Part shown: positions 1 through 12,960 of the stretch, piece after piece | Layout of the letters: each line of letters starts with the position of its first letter | How positions within the stretch are numbered: position 1 is the stretch's first letter | Assembly (NCBI GenBank): GCA_964252035.1 | Contig: OZ176202.1 | Length of the DNA: 64,000 nt | Direction: 5' to 3' (one strand) | DNA from: Podarcis erhardii | Lineage: Eukaryota | Translations under genes and position numbers: made by a program | Notes under the pieces: model-generated | What the model saw: the letters and a program-made list of their open reading frames with translations, nothing else | Told to the model about the DNA's origin: nothing | The model's database searches: none

Positions 1-898
1 CAAGCCCAGCTACCCGCACTCGCTAAGAGGGTTAGGATCTTCTCTACACCCATTAGTACTGTAGTATATTGGGGAGAGGAGAAGACAGACACACCCACAC
101 CCCGCACGCACAGAACCAAGCCAACTCTGAACAAGTTCGGTCCAAAGTATGTTGGCTCCCGAGACATGAAATCAGATAGGGTGATGATATGCGCTCTCTC
201 TCTATATATATATATATTAAAAATCCTTATAAATTTTCTTCTCCCAATCCTGCCTGCCACCCCTTGCGACTTGAAATGGAAAGCACTCTTTGTGCATCTT
301 CCTGTTTCTAAGACAAGGCATTTAAAAAGCTGCAATCCCGCTTACCTCGATGAGATCATAGGATTGCACTGCAAAAGTTGTTTTGCTAAATTCAAAACCA
401 AATTAATGTAATTTAATCCAGAAGATGGGTCATAATCACTGCTACTCCCACTACCTAGACTGTCATTAATACTTCATTGTGAGAACACACCTTCTTATTT
501 ACCAGTAGACTATAGAGCAATGGGATGCGAGAGAGCAGAGGTAATGCTTTTTTCACATTTGTAGGCCTAAGAAGTGGTTGTGAAGCCAATCTATAATTAG
601 CTGATGCTAGTTATATTTGCACAAAACATAGTGGCATTCATGCTCAAGAAGTACTCTTTCAGATGAACAGAACCTTCACTCCAAAAGGAGGAATTGTGTG
701 GATCCATTAAGCTTAATCTCGAGCTTCCTAAGAACAGATGGCAAAAAAATTAGTTGGCAGTTCTGCCTAAACAGAGGCAACAAGCTGTGCTTAAGCAATA
801 TGAACTTAAATGCCCATTGTGGGGACACGTGAGAGGGAAGGAAAGACAAGCAGTGTTTTATGTAATGCCTTTCATACAGTAACTTGGGCAGGGTAAGT

Positions 899-904
899 TT
901 TATT
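899..904 (-). terminator. Candidate distal RRAGD polyadenylation signal AATAAA
   Basis: tttatt on the + strand, about 1.5 kb past the stop. Hexamer only. Confidence 0.3.
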
Positions 905-1353
905 AAACAAATCCAAATAATTGTATTTTGGGTAGAGGTAGAAAGAGGGAGTGACTATACTGCCTCATGTACCATCTTCTTTAGAAATGTAAATATAGCT
1001 TCAGATGCTTTTTGAAACTTGTATTCATTCATATGCAACCTGTGAGCCACTTTAGTCATCTCTTAGAATTGGCATCTTATGGAAGCAGAAATATGTGGAC
1101 TCTCATACATTGTTCCTGTTACCAACATATACTTGCTAGTCAAAAGATTAGCATGAATGGTTTGAGAAACCATATGCTGTATTTCCATTACTTGAGAACT
1201 ATGTTGATCACTTCCAACATGCACCCCTTCCTCCCCAGGGTTCTCTCTCAGCAACTGGGTCCTTCCACTAGATAGCTCTGTGGGGCTAGCAGGCAGAGCC
1301 CTATTGCCAAATCAAACCACTATGTCCCACCCTTAATATCCTGTACCTAAATA

Positions 1354-1592
1354 CAGTCATACCTCAGGTTGCGGAAGTGATCCATGCGGGAGGCACGTTC
1401 GCAACCCGCAGCACCGCGTCTGCACATGCACGTGACACGATTCAGCGCTTCTGTGCATGCACAAAGTGCGATTTAGTGCTACTGCGCATGCGCCGAAACC
1501 TGGAAGTAACCCGTTCCGGTACTTCCGGGTTCAGCGTGGTCCATAACCCGAAAATGGGCAACCTGCAGCATTCGCAACCTGAGGTATGACTG
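1354..1592. mobile_element. Tc1/mariner (Tigger/pogo-like) MITE, family A
   Basis: Perfect 20-bp TIR cagtcatacctcaggttgcg, TA on both sides, 239 bp. Confidence 0.9.
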
Positions 1593-1980
1593 TAGTCTTA
1601 AGGAATGACAGCAGCAAATACAGTCCTTTCACTGCGGAGAGTTCCATGGTGATTGGGGATTGCTCTCCTGGTAATGGGTGTGGTTAGAAGATGAACAGTC
1701 TCCTTCCTCTTCTGCACCCTGTGATTGCTGGTCCCTGCTTGTTTCCACCGTAACTGCATAGAATTTCTCCTGTTGCTGCAAGTGTATTTAAAAAAACAAA
1801 CCCAAACACAACATGCAACTGTTACAAAATAGGTCTCTTTATAGAAAGTTGTAGAGGTAATCATCATTATAAGAACAAAATGGGTTTGCCAGGATTATGG
1901 AGACATTTGGGAGATATTTAGCGCATAGCCTATTTTTACAAAACTTTTCATGTACCAATAAAGGATTCCCAGGAAATATT

Positions 1981-1986
1981 TTTATT
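1981..1986 (-). terminator. Candidate proximal RRAGD polyadenylation signal AATAAA
   Basis: tttatt on the + strand, about 450 nt past the stop, at the end of an AU-rich UTR-like stretch with upstream TGTA motifs. Confidence 0.5.
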
Positions 1987-2433
1987 GCTACTGTATTTCA
2001 AAATAAAACTTCAATTTACAAGTTATATATATATAACTGGCATGAATATTAAACTCCCGCAAATTTGTAAAAAGGTATCTTACCATTTTTTTCTTGATTG
2101 TTTTACTCATTTGTTTGCAGCATATAGAGAAACTAACGGTACATATCCTACCCAAGTTCACACGTAAAAAGTGTCATTTTAAATAAAACACAAACGGGTT
2201 TATCAAAAGTTCATTTCCATCAAGAAACATGACAAAAGTGCAGAAAAGTTCTGTTACAGATACTTCTTAAAATGAACAACTGGATAAGATAAACAGTGTT
2301 TTGGCAGGAGGCTAGTGTGGTAAAATCCATGCCACCAGTACAGCAGTCCCTTTCATCTTCCAGCTATGAACCTGATGAAACCATTACAAGAAATAAGAGG
2401 TTTTACAAGTTGACAGTGGTTCACACAGTTCAG

Positions 2434-2585
2434 CTACACTGGCATTCTAGGGGTGCCATTAGGAGTAGCCCTCTTGGTCTTCTGAATTTGGTTTTGATTC
2501 TTCCGAGCTTTCACCGCTTTCATTCTCACTTCAAATACTTCATGTATGGCCTTACGGAAACAGTGGAAGTTGTAGTCTATTAGTC
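2434..2585 (-). CDS. RRAGD: RRAGD coding exon 7 ([23 protein letters not shown]...[11 protein letters not shown])
   Basis: Acceptor ttttctttag. TAG stop at 2436-2434. 152 nt. Confidence 0.97.
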
Positions 2586-3656
2586 CTAAAGAAAAGAACA
2601 GAAATGTTCCATACTCAAACTGCCATGGCAACAACACAATTAAGTAAACTCTTTTCTGTGGTATGTACTAAAAGTAAAGGGCTAAAATCAGATTTCTCTC
2701 TTAAACGCAACAATGTAAGAAAAGCTGTAAGCAACTACAGAAATTTATGTACAATTTACCAAGAACTACACATTATTTTATAATGCACCATTGCAATGTT
2801 TGAATTTAAGCACTAAGCCAGTAACCTCACTCAAAATTAATGCTAATAAAGCTCTCTCACTTCCCTAAGTGAAGAGGGTACAAATTTTAAGTGGTTTAAA
2901 TCTGCTGTGTTAGCCCTTTGTTTTTCCAGGGATTCAGAAGTCATGTGATACTGAAGCCACAAAATAATGAAGACCAGCCAAGTTTTATGAAATATATTTT
3001 AAGTTGAAATACCTCTCTATGGAGACTGAAGTCATGAAGACTAAGTTATTCTATGCATACATTCCCCACAGCATTTGGAGAGTAAGTATGATGCAATAAG
3101 TTTACAAAAACAAAAGGCAAGGAAGTTACTGCTGCTTAAGTGGAAACTCTTGTGTGTACTTGTGTATTTAGAGGATGGTAGGAAAATATAGGAGTAGAAT
3201 GAGAGGTGAATATAATGAGAAAGTGTCGTTCCTGATCAAGCGTTAGGGAGGAGAAAAGTTCCATTTCCAGAAACCCTCTAGTGTTGGACTAGGATACACA
3301 GGTTCAAATACCCTCTCCACCTTTAAAGCTCCCTTTGTGACTTTAGTCTAGTTACAGTCTCAACTCTTAACCTCTCACAGATATGTAAGAATAATGAGGG
3401 ACAAAGAAGAACATTATGCCACTCTGAACTGAAATGACCAGATATATAATCTAACAACATGAATACATGGCTCCAGCAACTTTAACAGAGGCTGTAGCAA
3501 GCCCAATGATCAGCTGTAATACCTCCATACCCTCTGCATTCTTTACTATAGTTTTGTCACAGCTTGTACATACGGACTCACCAAGACAAATATTTAATTA
3601 TTAATTGGGAACAAGATTCTGAAGGATTTTTAAACTTTCAAAATGAAGTTCAATAC

Positions 3657-3805
3657 CTTTTCTTTCAAAGCTTTCTTCTCTGACAAAGCAAACTAGCGCC
3701 AGAAACTTTGTCACTTCCTTTAAATAAAGGACTGTTGTGTTGTTCAATTTTATTATTGCTGTTGATTCTTTGTCGTAAGGAGTTCCTGCTCCATCTGCTT
3801 TGAGC
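3657..3805 (-). CDS. RRAGD: RRAGD coding exon 6 ([49 protein letters not shown])
   Basis: Acceptor gctgttcag, donor GTATTG, 149 nt. Confidence 0.98.
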
Positions 3806-4815
3806 CTGAACAGCAAGACACAGGTGATGTTGGGGAGAAGATAAATGCTGTGATTTTATCTGCTTGAATGAATACGTTTTTATTGCTGCTTTCAAGTCTA
3901 ATTTAAAGCAAAATATGTTTGAGGCAGATATTGCCAACCTTTTTAGGCCCGTGGTAACATTTACAAGCTGGAGAAACTCTTGTGGGCAGACCCTCTCCCC
4001 TAATCAAGCACACACCACAGCCCATTCCACCAAATGCTTCTTTCAAGTCTTAATTCAGCAGAGGAAGAAGACCCTTTGGGTTCACATGCACCTTTGGGTG
4101 CTATGTTGATATTCCCTGATCTAGTGTGTAAAGATCTTATTTCAGCTCCGTTTTCAATCCTAGGCTGTTTAAAAATTTGCAGTTAAAAAAAATATATCCT
4201 GCCATGCATTTGATGGCTTGCCAGGGATAAAGTCGCTTATGTCTCAGCCTCAGTGGAATTATCACTGATTTTATTTACATGAAAATTACAATGCTGCCCT
4301 TCTAGTGACCAGGCCTTTGTGTAGAACTTGTGGTGCATTTTAGGAGCTGTTACTAGAATCTCTGAACTATAATATTTTGTATACACAAGTACCCCCCAGT
4401 TACATCAGCTAACTGGCTCCTGTTGGAAGACCCTTGGTTTCTAGTTAAAAAGTGCTGTAGATTAAACAAGACTAAGGCGAATTCACTTAATCTTTTCTGC
4501 ACCCCAGCCTATTCTGCTCTATCAGTTGTAAAAGCTTTAGAGTTTCAAAATCACTTTTATCTACACACACACAACTCTGATGACCTTTCTCTCTCACACA
4601 CACAGTGTGTGCTTTTGCAATTAAAGGTTTTTTCTATCCTGAAATAACAGCAAGCTAGAAGATCATTACTGCATATGAAAGAAAAACCTTCTAATCTTAT
4701 TACTACTCCATTTGCATTTTAATTGTTATGTGACTTTAGGCCTTATAGGTTGCCCAAGACATACAAGCACAAAGGATGGCGTAAGAGTACTTTTTGTTGT
4801 TGTTTCTTTACTCAC

Positions 4816-4958
4816 CCATAAATGCAGGAGATGTCGATGACAACATCTATCATATCACAGCTGAGCTCATAAGTCTGCATGTCCACTGGGGTACTGTCTG
4901 TTGCAATATAAATTTTACTGACTACATCAAAGAGAAAGGCTTTCTCAATTCCAGAATT
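4816..4958 (-). CDS. RRAGD: RRAGD coding exon 5 ([48 protein letters not shown])
   Basis: Translated by hand because it is absent from the ORF track. Acceptor ttccttgtag, donor GTGAGT, 143 nt. Confidence 0.97.
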
Positions 4959-5497
4959 CTACAAGGAAACAGGGAGAATATAGATTTCATTGAAGGAACC
5001 AAGTCTTTAGACAATAAAGATTATGTGCATGAGACAATAAAGTGTGCATGAGAAAAGAAAAGCTGGTGAAATATGGTATTATAAAAATAGTCTTAGTGTA
5101 ATTCTTGGGCACAGAGCAACAGAATTCACATTGCTGTGTCCCACTGAAAGTATAACTTGGTGTTTGAGCTGCAATCCTAACACCAAGCTATGCTGAACAG
5201 TGCATCAGAACAGTGGATACAGTTCTGATAAATATATGAGCTTGTAACAATAATCATAGAGACCTAAGTTACATTCTAGCAAAAGTTTGAAATGAATTGT
5301 TGTTTACAAGCAAGCGAGTGTTTGCAAAGTAATTCCACTTCACTGAACAGTTTTTATTGGCATTTATTCTCATATACCAAGTATGCTACAACAACACATA
5401 ACACAAAAATGAAATTAAAAACGAACAAAAAGTGTTTTGCAAGAAAATATAGAAAAGGCTCAGGAAATACATATGCAAAAGAACAACAACTATTTAC

Positions 5498-5612
5498 CGA
5501 GATAAAGATGTTAAGCAAGTTCTCCAGTGTTGGGAGCTGGGGGATCAATTTCTGTACCACTTTGCTAAACGCTTCAAATATTGAATGGTCGTATATGCTT
5601 GTTAAATAAAAG
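5498..5612 (-). CDS. RRAGD: RRAGD coding exon 4 ([39 protein letters not shown])
   Basis: Acceptor ttttccag, donor GTAAAT, 115 nt. Contains the TSIY (G5) motif. Confidence 0.98.
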
Positions 5613-6015
5613 CTGGAAAAGGAAACAGACATCAGTGTATCTCTCTGAAATGAGCAGCTCTGGAAAGTTTGTAGACAGAAATGAGGCGTTATAGCGCTTC
5701 CAGACAGGAGTTTGTGGAATTAGGGCTGCCCATGCATGCAAGTTCCCCTGCCCCACCCCCTGCCATCATCAAAATGCCAGCTCAGACTTTATTTAATTGG
5801 GATTTCCCCTTACTGTGGAAAATTCAGCAAGTAAAAATAATCCATTATACATCTGCATGCACTCCTGGTGTAAAAACTCATAAGGAAACTTCTTTTGATG
5901 GGTGATCTGACACATGATGTTTCAGTGAACAGTCTCTTATCACCACACCTGTATTTCCATTTGCTCCTCACCCAAGCATAATCTAGCAGTTCTGATGAGT
6001 GTGCCTATTTTTACC

Positions 6016-6095
6016 TGAAGAAGTGTGCATGCACATGAAAGCTCATACCAAGAACTGACTTAGTTGGTCTTTAAGGTGCTACTGGAAGGAATTTG
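6016..6095 (+). mobile_element. Penelope-like element terminal fragment
   Basis: cctgaagaagtgtgcatgcacatgaaagctcatacc...taaggtgctactgg resembles reptile Penelope ends, recognised from memory. Confidence 0.55.
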
Positions 6096-7027
6096 TTTTG
6101 TTTTGCCTATTTTTACCATTTGCTACATGCTGAAGTCATGTTCAAATTGCACACCCCACCCCTCCGCCAACCCTGGCGAAAGCACAGGCCTCCACTTGGC
6201 GAATTGTAAAATGTGATAACTGAAGCTGGTATCCTTGTGAGGTTAGCCATAACAGGGCTCTCATTCCTCCCTGTTTGTGGAATCTTCTAAAGGGATGCTC
6301 TTACAAGAAATAGGGTTAAAGTGCCATCTGCCTACTATTTAACGACTATGCCATCTTGTGTATTACTTGAGTAAACGGTAAATTATATCCTCAACAAGTT
6401 TATCTCTTAAGCCAGGGTGGGGAATCTTATTCAGCATGAGGGCTGGGTTCTCTTTTTGGAAACCTGTCAGGGGCCACATGCTAATGGTGGGAGGGCCCTG
6501 AGGCAAGTGTAAGCATTATGTTTCCGCCATAGGCTGGTTTCTATACACCCCACTCTGCCTTCCATCCAGGCAAGGAAGAAGGGACACTGTAGCCAAAAAT
6601 GCAGAGCAGGGTCATTGTGGGGTGTGGCCTAGAGAAGAGACTCTAGGGCCAGACAGGGAATTCTGGAGGGCTGTATTTGGGCCCTAAGCATCAAGGAATA
6701 TAGTTTGACTATGCTGATAACAGTTTTCAGGATTCAGGTAGTACATACAGCCAAATATATTATTTTCCCATGTCAATTATTGAGTATTCATTTTAAAACT
6801 GAACATTAGTCAATTTTTGGCATAATGCTGAACTCCAGCCTAAAAAGCTCTTGATTTCTAATTATTTGACCACTGCAACTCTCAGTTGGCCATGCCACTG
6901 CTGTGTCACCCCTTTTCCCTTAAGATTTTACAAAAAGGTGGCACATGTGCTTGTTCAATATGTGAGGCATATTGCTTTTTTTAATTCTCCCCTGTCCAGG
7001 CTTTATCAATTGTTTTGCTCTCCTCAC

Positions 7028-7227
7028 CTCAAGTGGATTTTTTCCAGCCCAGCATCTGCAAGGTCATCATTTGCCCTCTGATGAATGTCTCTCTGTGTTT
7101 CAATCTTGTGATCATCAGACAAACCATCTACTTTGTGGATAAATATTTCAAAGTTTATGTCTGGATTCACTTTATATGCTCTTGTCACAGTGAGATGCAA
7201 TCTTGCCAAAGCTTCCATATAGTCATC
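7028..7227 (-). CDS. RRAGD: RRAGD coding exon 3 ([10 protein letters not shown]...LEKIHL)
   Basis: Acceptor tttgtag, donor GTGAGG, 200 nt. Contains the HKVDG (G4) motif. Confidence 0.98.
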
Positions 7228-8036
7228 CTACAAACCAAAAAATAAACTGGATAAATGCTTTGCTTTTGTAAATCCAATTAGGAATTAAAGTGTTTAATCT
7301 TTACTTCTCAAGTTTTTAAAGGTTGGGTTTTTTTTACATCTTCATAAACAAAAATCACAACGTGAAAGCACTTCGCATGCTTCATTCATAAATCTCAAGC
7401 ATTGTTTTAGTATGAGTTAACTCTTATAAAAATTTCAATTCTACTACATGTATTAGTGTTTCAGATAATACATAGAGGTGCAAAAAGCATACTAGGTCTA
7501 ATGTCATGATGAAGTCTACATGTACATAACAAGGAAAGCTAAAATAACAATATTTACACTATAACAATGAGAACTCAGGGCAGGATCGATAGAGCTGCTC
7601 TTCCACTTATGCTTGTGTGGGCGAGGAAGATCTGGTTTTTGCCAAATCACTTGGATGTAGGCCCCTATAATACATATCACACTACTCCACAGGGTCCCTC
7701 AGAATCAGCTTTTGAAGTGTGTGAGCAAGGGGCTATAGTGTGAAGGGGGACAGAGGAAAACTCTGCCTCAGAAGGGAAATCCTGCTTGTCATTCTCTGGA
7801 TCTTGCCTGTACTAACGAGAGAGTCAATCACACTGTGTGTTGCTATTCTTATTGGAGATGTGAAGGCCCAAAGAGAAATATCAGAAAAATTGGGAATGGG
7901 GTGTGTGAGAAAGGTATTTTTATGGCTCTTCACATCTCTACTTTTTACCATCCATTCTACTGTTGGGTGATGTTTGTGTGTGCAAATTTAGGGTATTTGG
8001 TCTAAGCTAAGATCATAACCCAAATCCTTTCCTTAC

Positions 8037-8332
8037 CTGAGAATCAATAACAAATATCAGTGCTCCCGTGCCTCGGAAAATCATCTCATAGTCAAAGGTA
8101 GGGTCAAAAAAGTCAATTTGCCCAGGAAAGTCCCATATCTGAAAGTTAACAAAGGAGCTGTTGGAAACATCCTCCCTGCAAATCTTATTAGTGCTCTCCA
8201 AGAAAAGGGTTTCATTCGGTGACATTTTATGAAACACAACTTTCTGAATCGAAGACTTTCCACTTCTTCTCAGTCCCATTAGCAGAATTCTTGGCTTGAC
8301 TTCAGTACTAAAGGGTTCATTGAAATCTAGAA
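8037..8332 (-). CDS. RRAGD: RRAGD coding exon 2 ([27 protein letters not shown]...FVIDSQ)
   Basis: Acceptor ttttattcag, donor GTAAGG, 296 nt. Contains the G1 P-loop and the G3 DFPGQ motif. Confidence 0.98.
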
Positions 8333-9879
8333 CTGAATAAAAAGAAAACATTATTTGCAAAAACAACAATAAAAACAGGTGTTTATTTGCAACCAAATTC
8401 TAACACAATTTCAACTGATTTTACTCCCCAATCCTACCGTTTTAGGATTCCTTCCTTTCCAATGCCAAAGAGATCAAGCTTTAGTTGACTGATCTAATGA
8501 CTAATTAACCTCTGCATTTCCCCTTCACCCTACCCACCAGATATTTTCCCAGCAACACCTGCTGGTTCAAAAGACAACTCACCTCCCTTAAAGAATAACG
8601 TAAGCTACTGATGGTGAAAAATGCAGAAGACCCTCAGAATTAGTATTGCATATTGTAAGCTGTTACAATCACAGGATTACTAGTTTTATTACTTAATAAT
8701 CAATCTATCTATTAAAACTTTAGTTGACTGACTGGTGAGGGAAAACGTGAAAGCATTGAGACTTATTGTTTTTGACTATTTTTGTTCTGGGTGGGTGGTT
8801 AGTATGATAGTGAAAGGAAGTAAAAAATATTAAATGCAGCCTTTTCTTCCAAGAATACAAGTTGCAGCTTTTTTGTTTTCTCTATTATACCCTCTCACAC
8901 TTTCTTAGTTAACTCAGAAAGACACCTGTATTGGGGGTTTCGAGGACGGCTGGTACAAAAATATTCAAAATAAGTAAATAAAAGTATTTCAGGTATATTG
9001 AAATGGACAGTGACCAAAGAAAAATATGCATTGCTGTATGTGACATCTGGAATAATTAATGCTATATACTGTAAGAGCTCCCAAATACCCAAACAAATAT
9101 GTAAAATGGAGCAGCATAGCTTTCTCAAGTAAACTAACATGAGTGTTATGATTCAAATATGCAGTACTTAATTTAAATCTTTTTGAAAATTAATAAGGTT
9201 GTATTAATGTATTGGAATGCAAGACAAGATACAGTAGTAAGAAATCCCTTACCACTGTATTTTTTCAATAATTAAGTAAAAATCTTTTAATTTTTTTCTT
9301 TAGTTACCATGGCCTTCTAGTAAATGTAATCTTTTGTTTAAGATGTTGGTGTTGGGATTCAACATCAGGAGAGCCACAGCAATGTAGATCTTAATTCTCT
9401 GCCTTGTTCCTGATGTAGGTCTTCACTCCCTACTTCTTCCCTGGTGGGGAGGGGCACAATTTTGTGGTTCATTTTAGGTGCTAAAATGTCCTGGGCCAGC
9501 CCTGGCCACAGCTTCCCTTATCCCTGCCTTATATGGTGCAGCATTCAAATATTCAAACCTTTCTACCACCTGCAGTCTGTAGGAGTATAACCCAGAAAGA
9601 ACAGTACCATGTGCTATTTCTGTACATCCAGATCAGTTCTGAAAGGGAGCTGTGAAACATGAGATGGCACATATGCTCACTGAATCATGGGAGAAGACCT
9701 CTGATGGAGAAGAATATTCATTTTGGAGAAGAACACCTATTTCAGAGGCCGCTACACTGCAAGTAATATTTGTCACATTCCCTTTTCTTTGAAGGAAAAA
9801 AAAGCACTCTTACTAGAACAAGTGCTCCTTAAAGTAGTGTCACTGGAAAAGCTGTTTTGCTTATAAATCCACAGATTGT

Positions 9880-9882
<3 letters not shown>

Positions 9883-9940
<58 letters not shown>
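9883..9940. repeat. Compound microsatellite (GT)16(GA)13 in RRAGD intron 1
   Basis: Read directly from the sequence. Confidence 0.97.
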
Positions 9941-12233
9941 ACTATACAGACTCTATAGAAGTATAAACTCCTTTGCACAAAATACCAACAATGCTTTCTA
10001 TGGATTAATGTCAAAAGGACACTTTGAAACATAAATCTAACGCTTCCCTCAAGAAATCCTAGAGTCTGAAGCAATTTTCCCAGCAATCTTTTCCCAGCTC
10101 TGTAAAACAGAAGAAAATGTAGCCAAAAAGGAAAACAGTTTGTGTTATGCACAAAGCAACAGGTGGCAGAACAGCCTATTCTTTTTAACACAAAAATGTA
10201 GGTAACCATGGTTAACCCATTAGCAGGAAAAAAAGGGTTTCTCCTTTTAAACATGCCTATAAAAATACCCTTTCTATAAAATCACACCAGTGCACACAAT
10301 GTCATCAAAAATATGCAGGCAGACCCTGGAGCAGAGCCTGGTAATAAGGGAACTGACATTCACAGCTGCAAAGGAGCTCTAAACACTGAGCCCTCTACAG
10401 CTGTTGCCTTTTATGGGCCTGAAGTCTGCCTTCCTTATTTCCTCAGATCTCCAAGTTCGCATCAGTAAAACACGTGCAATTTGTAAGAGACACTGGATAT
10501 CTGTACCACAAATACCAATAGGAAGTACTTTATTAAAGCTTATCCCTCTCTCCAGATACTGTTTCAAGAGTTTGACACATTTATTAGGATAGTTTTCTCC
10601 CTCTGCTCTTAAAACACAGGCTGAACCCAACCTCCCGTCTCCAGCTTATTTCCCCTCCCCCAACTCAATGAACTTAGTTTTTCTTTCCTTTAGTTTCTCA
10701 TTGACGTTTCATCCCATTCCTCGTCTACATAAGTTTCCTCCCAGCTTTATACCATCTACAATTCACTTCTGAAGCAACTCATACAATCAGCTGCACAGCC
10801 ACTTATGTTTTTATTTCCATGCTCTCCCAATGCTCTCTACCTACCATATTCCACTGTCTGTCACATGCCTGGACACCTCCTCCCCTCCCCCCTCTGTTTT
10901 CTCCCTGTTCTTCTTTTCCTGTTCTTCCCCACAACAAGACAGCCACAACAGACAGTACTCTAAGTGCCTCCTCTCCCCAAATGCTCACTTATTATTTGGA
11001 CACAAAGTCTAGATCCATAAAACTATCTACAAAGAAAGTTTTAATGATATTTTTATATTGGTCTGCTTTTCTGTATTTTTGGTGCTGGCTTCTGCGTTAC
11101 ATATGCTAGATTGTATTATTTAAACAATCGTATTTTTCTATTTGATTGGTTTTTTCAAGCTGTAAAGAGGACTTGGCCAACGGGGCAGTCTATAAATGTA
11201 ATAAACAATAAAATACAAAGTTAGATCTGACTCTAGCCAATCAGCTACTTATTCCTCTTTCTTACATCCCATCTCATACTTAATTTCCTTTGGAAAAACA
11301 ATGCTAGGTGTCATGCGGCACTTCAGGTTGTACCTTTGGACCCGAAATCCCCTTTCATCCTGATCTCAGGTATGCATAAGCTAGAGGAGGGCATTCAGTA
11401 GCAAGGTAAAAGCTGCATATGTTGAGGCCCTCAATGGCTACTTACAATTTTCTGGATGGGACCTACACCATAATATTGAAAACATAAACTAGATGGGATG
11501 GGGGAGTAACGCACCCCCCCTAAACTAGACCCTGGCTCACATTAAATATGGTGCACCTTTATATTTATGCAGCAAAAAAGAACCATGCATAAAGCTGGAG
11601 CACCATTAGTGTTTTAAGTGTTTGTGCTGTAAGCCAGGAGACTCCTAGTTTGGGGCTGCATACACAACATACATTTAAACACATCCACCACCACCCCAAG
11701 AATCCTGGGAACTTTAATTTGTTAATGTTGCCGAGAACTGTAGCTCTGTGAGGGGGTAAACTACACCTGCCAGGATTCATGTGTATATGTAGCTCAAATC
11801 TCTCTAACTACAAGATGGCTTTAGCAAGTCTCACCCAACGCTTACCAAGATAATGAATGTAAAGTGCTCCAAACTTTCTGAAGTGATATACAAAAATATT
11901 TCTATAAAAAGCACGAGAAATCTATCCCCTCCCAAATCTAATCCTCCCAACAGATTTCTCATTGTCAGGTGCCATCCTAAAGATAAAATACATCTCTCGC
12001 TGTCCGTTTCATTTCTCCACTGAAATTACTGTAAGCTCCAGCACACCCCATCTCAGTGACTAATGCCATAATCACACCTCTCTTTCAGTCTAGTCGTGTG
12101 TTCCAAATCTCTATAGTCAAACTCCAGGAAGGCTTGCTTCTCTTCCAACCCATATCATTCCTAGCACCACCCATTCATGCTCCAAATTCTAACCCCATTC
12201 CTAAACTAATGTCTCCAACTCCCAAACCTGATA

Positions 12234-12615
12234 AAAGGTAAAGGGACCCCTGACAGTTAAGTCCAGTTGCAAACGACTCTGGGGTTGCGGCGCTCATCTC
12301 ACTTTACAGGCCGAGGGAGCCGGCATTTGTCTGCTCCGCAAACAGTTTTCCTGGGTCATGTGGCCAGCATGACTAAGCCGCTTCTGGCGCAATGGAACAC
12401 TGACACCAGAGCAGCGCACGGAAACGCCGTTTACCTTCCTGCCGGAGCGGTACTACTAATCTACTTGCACTTTTGGGTGTGCTTTTGAACTGCTAGGTTA
12501 GCAGGAGCTAGGACCAAACAACGGGAGCTCACCCTGTCGCAGGGATTCAAACCACTGCCCTTTGGTCAGCAAACCCAAGGCTCAGTGGTTTAGACCACTG
12601 TGCCACCCACGTCCC
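12234..12615 (-). mobile_element. Sauria SINE, full length
   Basis: Characteristic body and (ACCTTT)n-type tail. 10-bp TSD aaacctgata at 12224-12233 and 12616-12625. Confidence 0.9.
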
Positions 12616-12718
12616 AAACCTGATACCACCCCCCAAATTCCCTCCTCTGCCCCAAAACTCTTACCCTATTCCAAATGTTAGCCCTGAGACATCAAGTACC
12701 TCTGAACGTTTATGTTTA

Positions 12719-12960
12719 GAGTGGTACCTCGGGTTAAGAACTTAATTAGTTCTGGAGGTCCGTTCTTAACCTGAAACGGTTCTTAACCTGAGGTACCACT
12801 TTAGCTAATGGGGTCTCCCGCTGCTGCCGCGCCACTGCCAAGCGATTTCTGTTCTCATCCTGAAGCAAAGTTCTTAACCTGAGGTACTATTTCTGGGTTA
12901 GTGGAGTCTGTAACCTGAAGCATCTGTAACCTGAAGCATCTGTAACCCGAGGTACCACTG
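12719..12960. mobile_element. Tigger-like MITE, family B
   Basis: TIR (c/g)agtggtacctcgggtta / taacccgaggtaccactg, TA TSD, 242 bp. Confidence 0.92.

Noticed and set aside
1-250. Slightly CpG-enriched window start, possibly the upstream edge of a neighbouring gene (UBE2J1 by human synteny, from memory)
   Set aside because: No exon or coding sequence is visible inside the window, so it cannot be supported.
2939-2949. Perfect M-box AGTCATGTGAT in RRAGD intron 6
   Set aside because: A single 8-10-mer is expected by chance in 64 kb, with no clustering or other support.
3593-3656. Exon 6 read-through (17 codons) followed by ATTAAA
   Set aside because: Short, featureless extension and a variant hexamer in very AT-rich DNA; much weaker than the intron 4 case.
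10255-10480. MEF2-like and E-box cluster suggesting a muscle enhancer in RRAGD intron 1
   Set aside because: The MEF2 flanks do not fit the consensus, and 6-bp E-boxes are too common.
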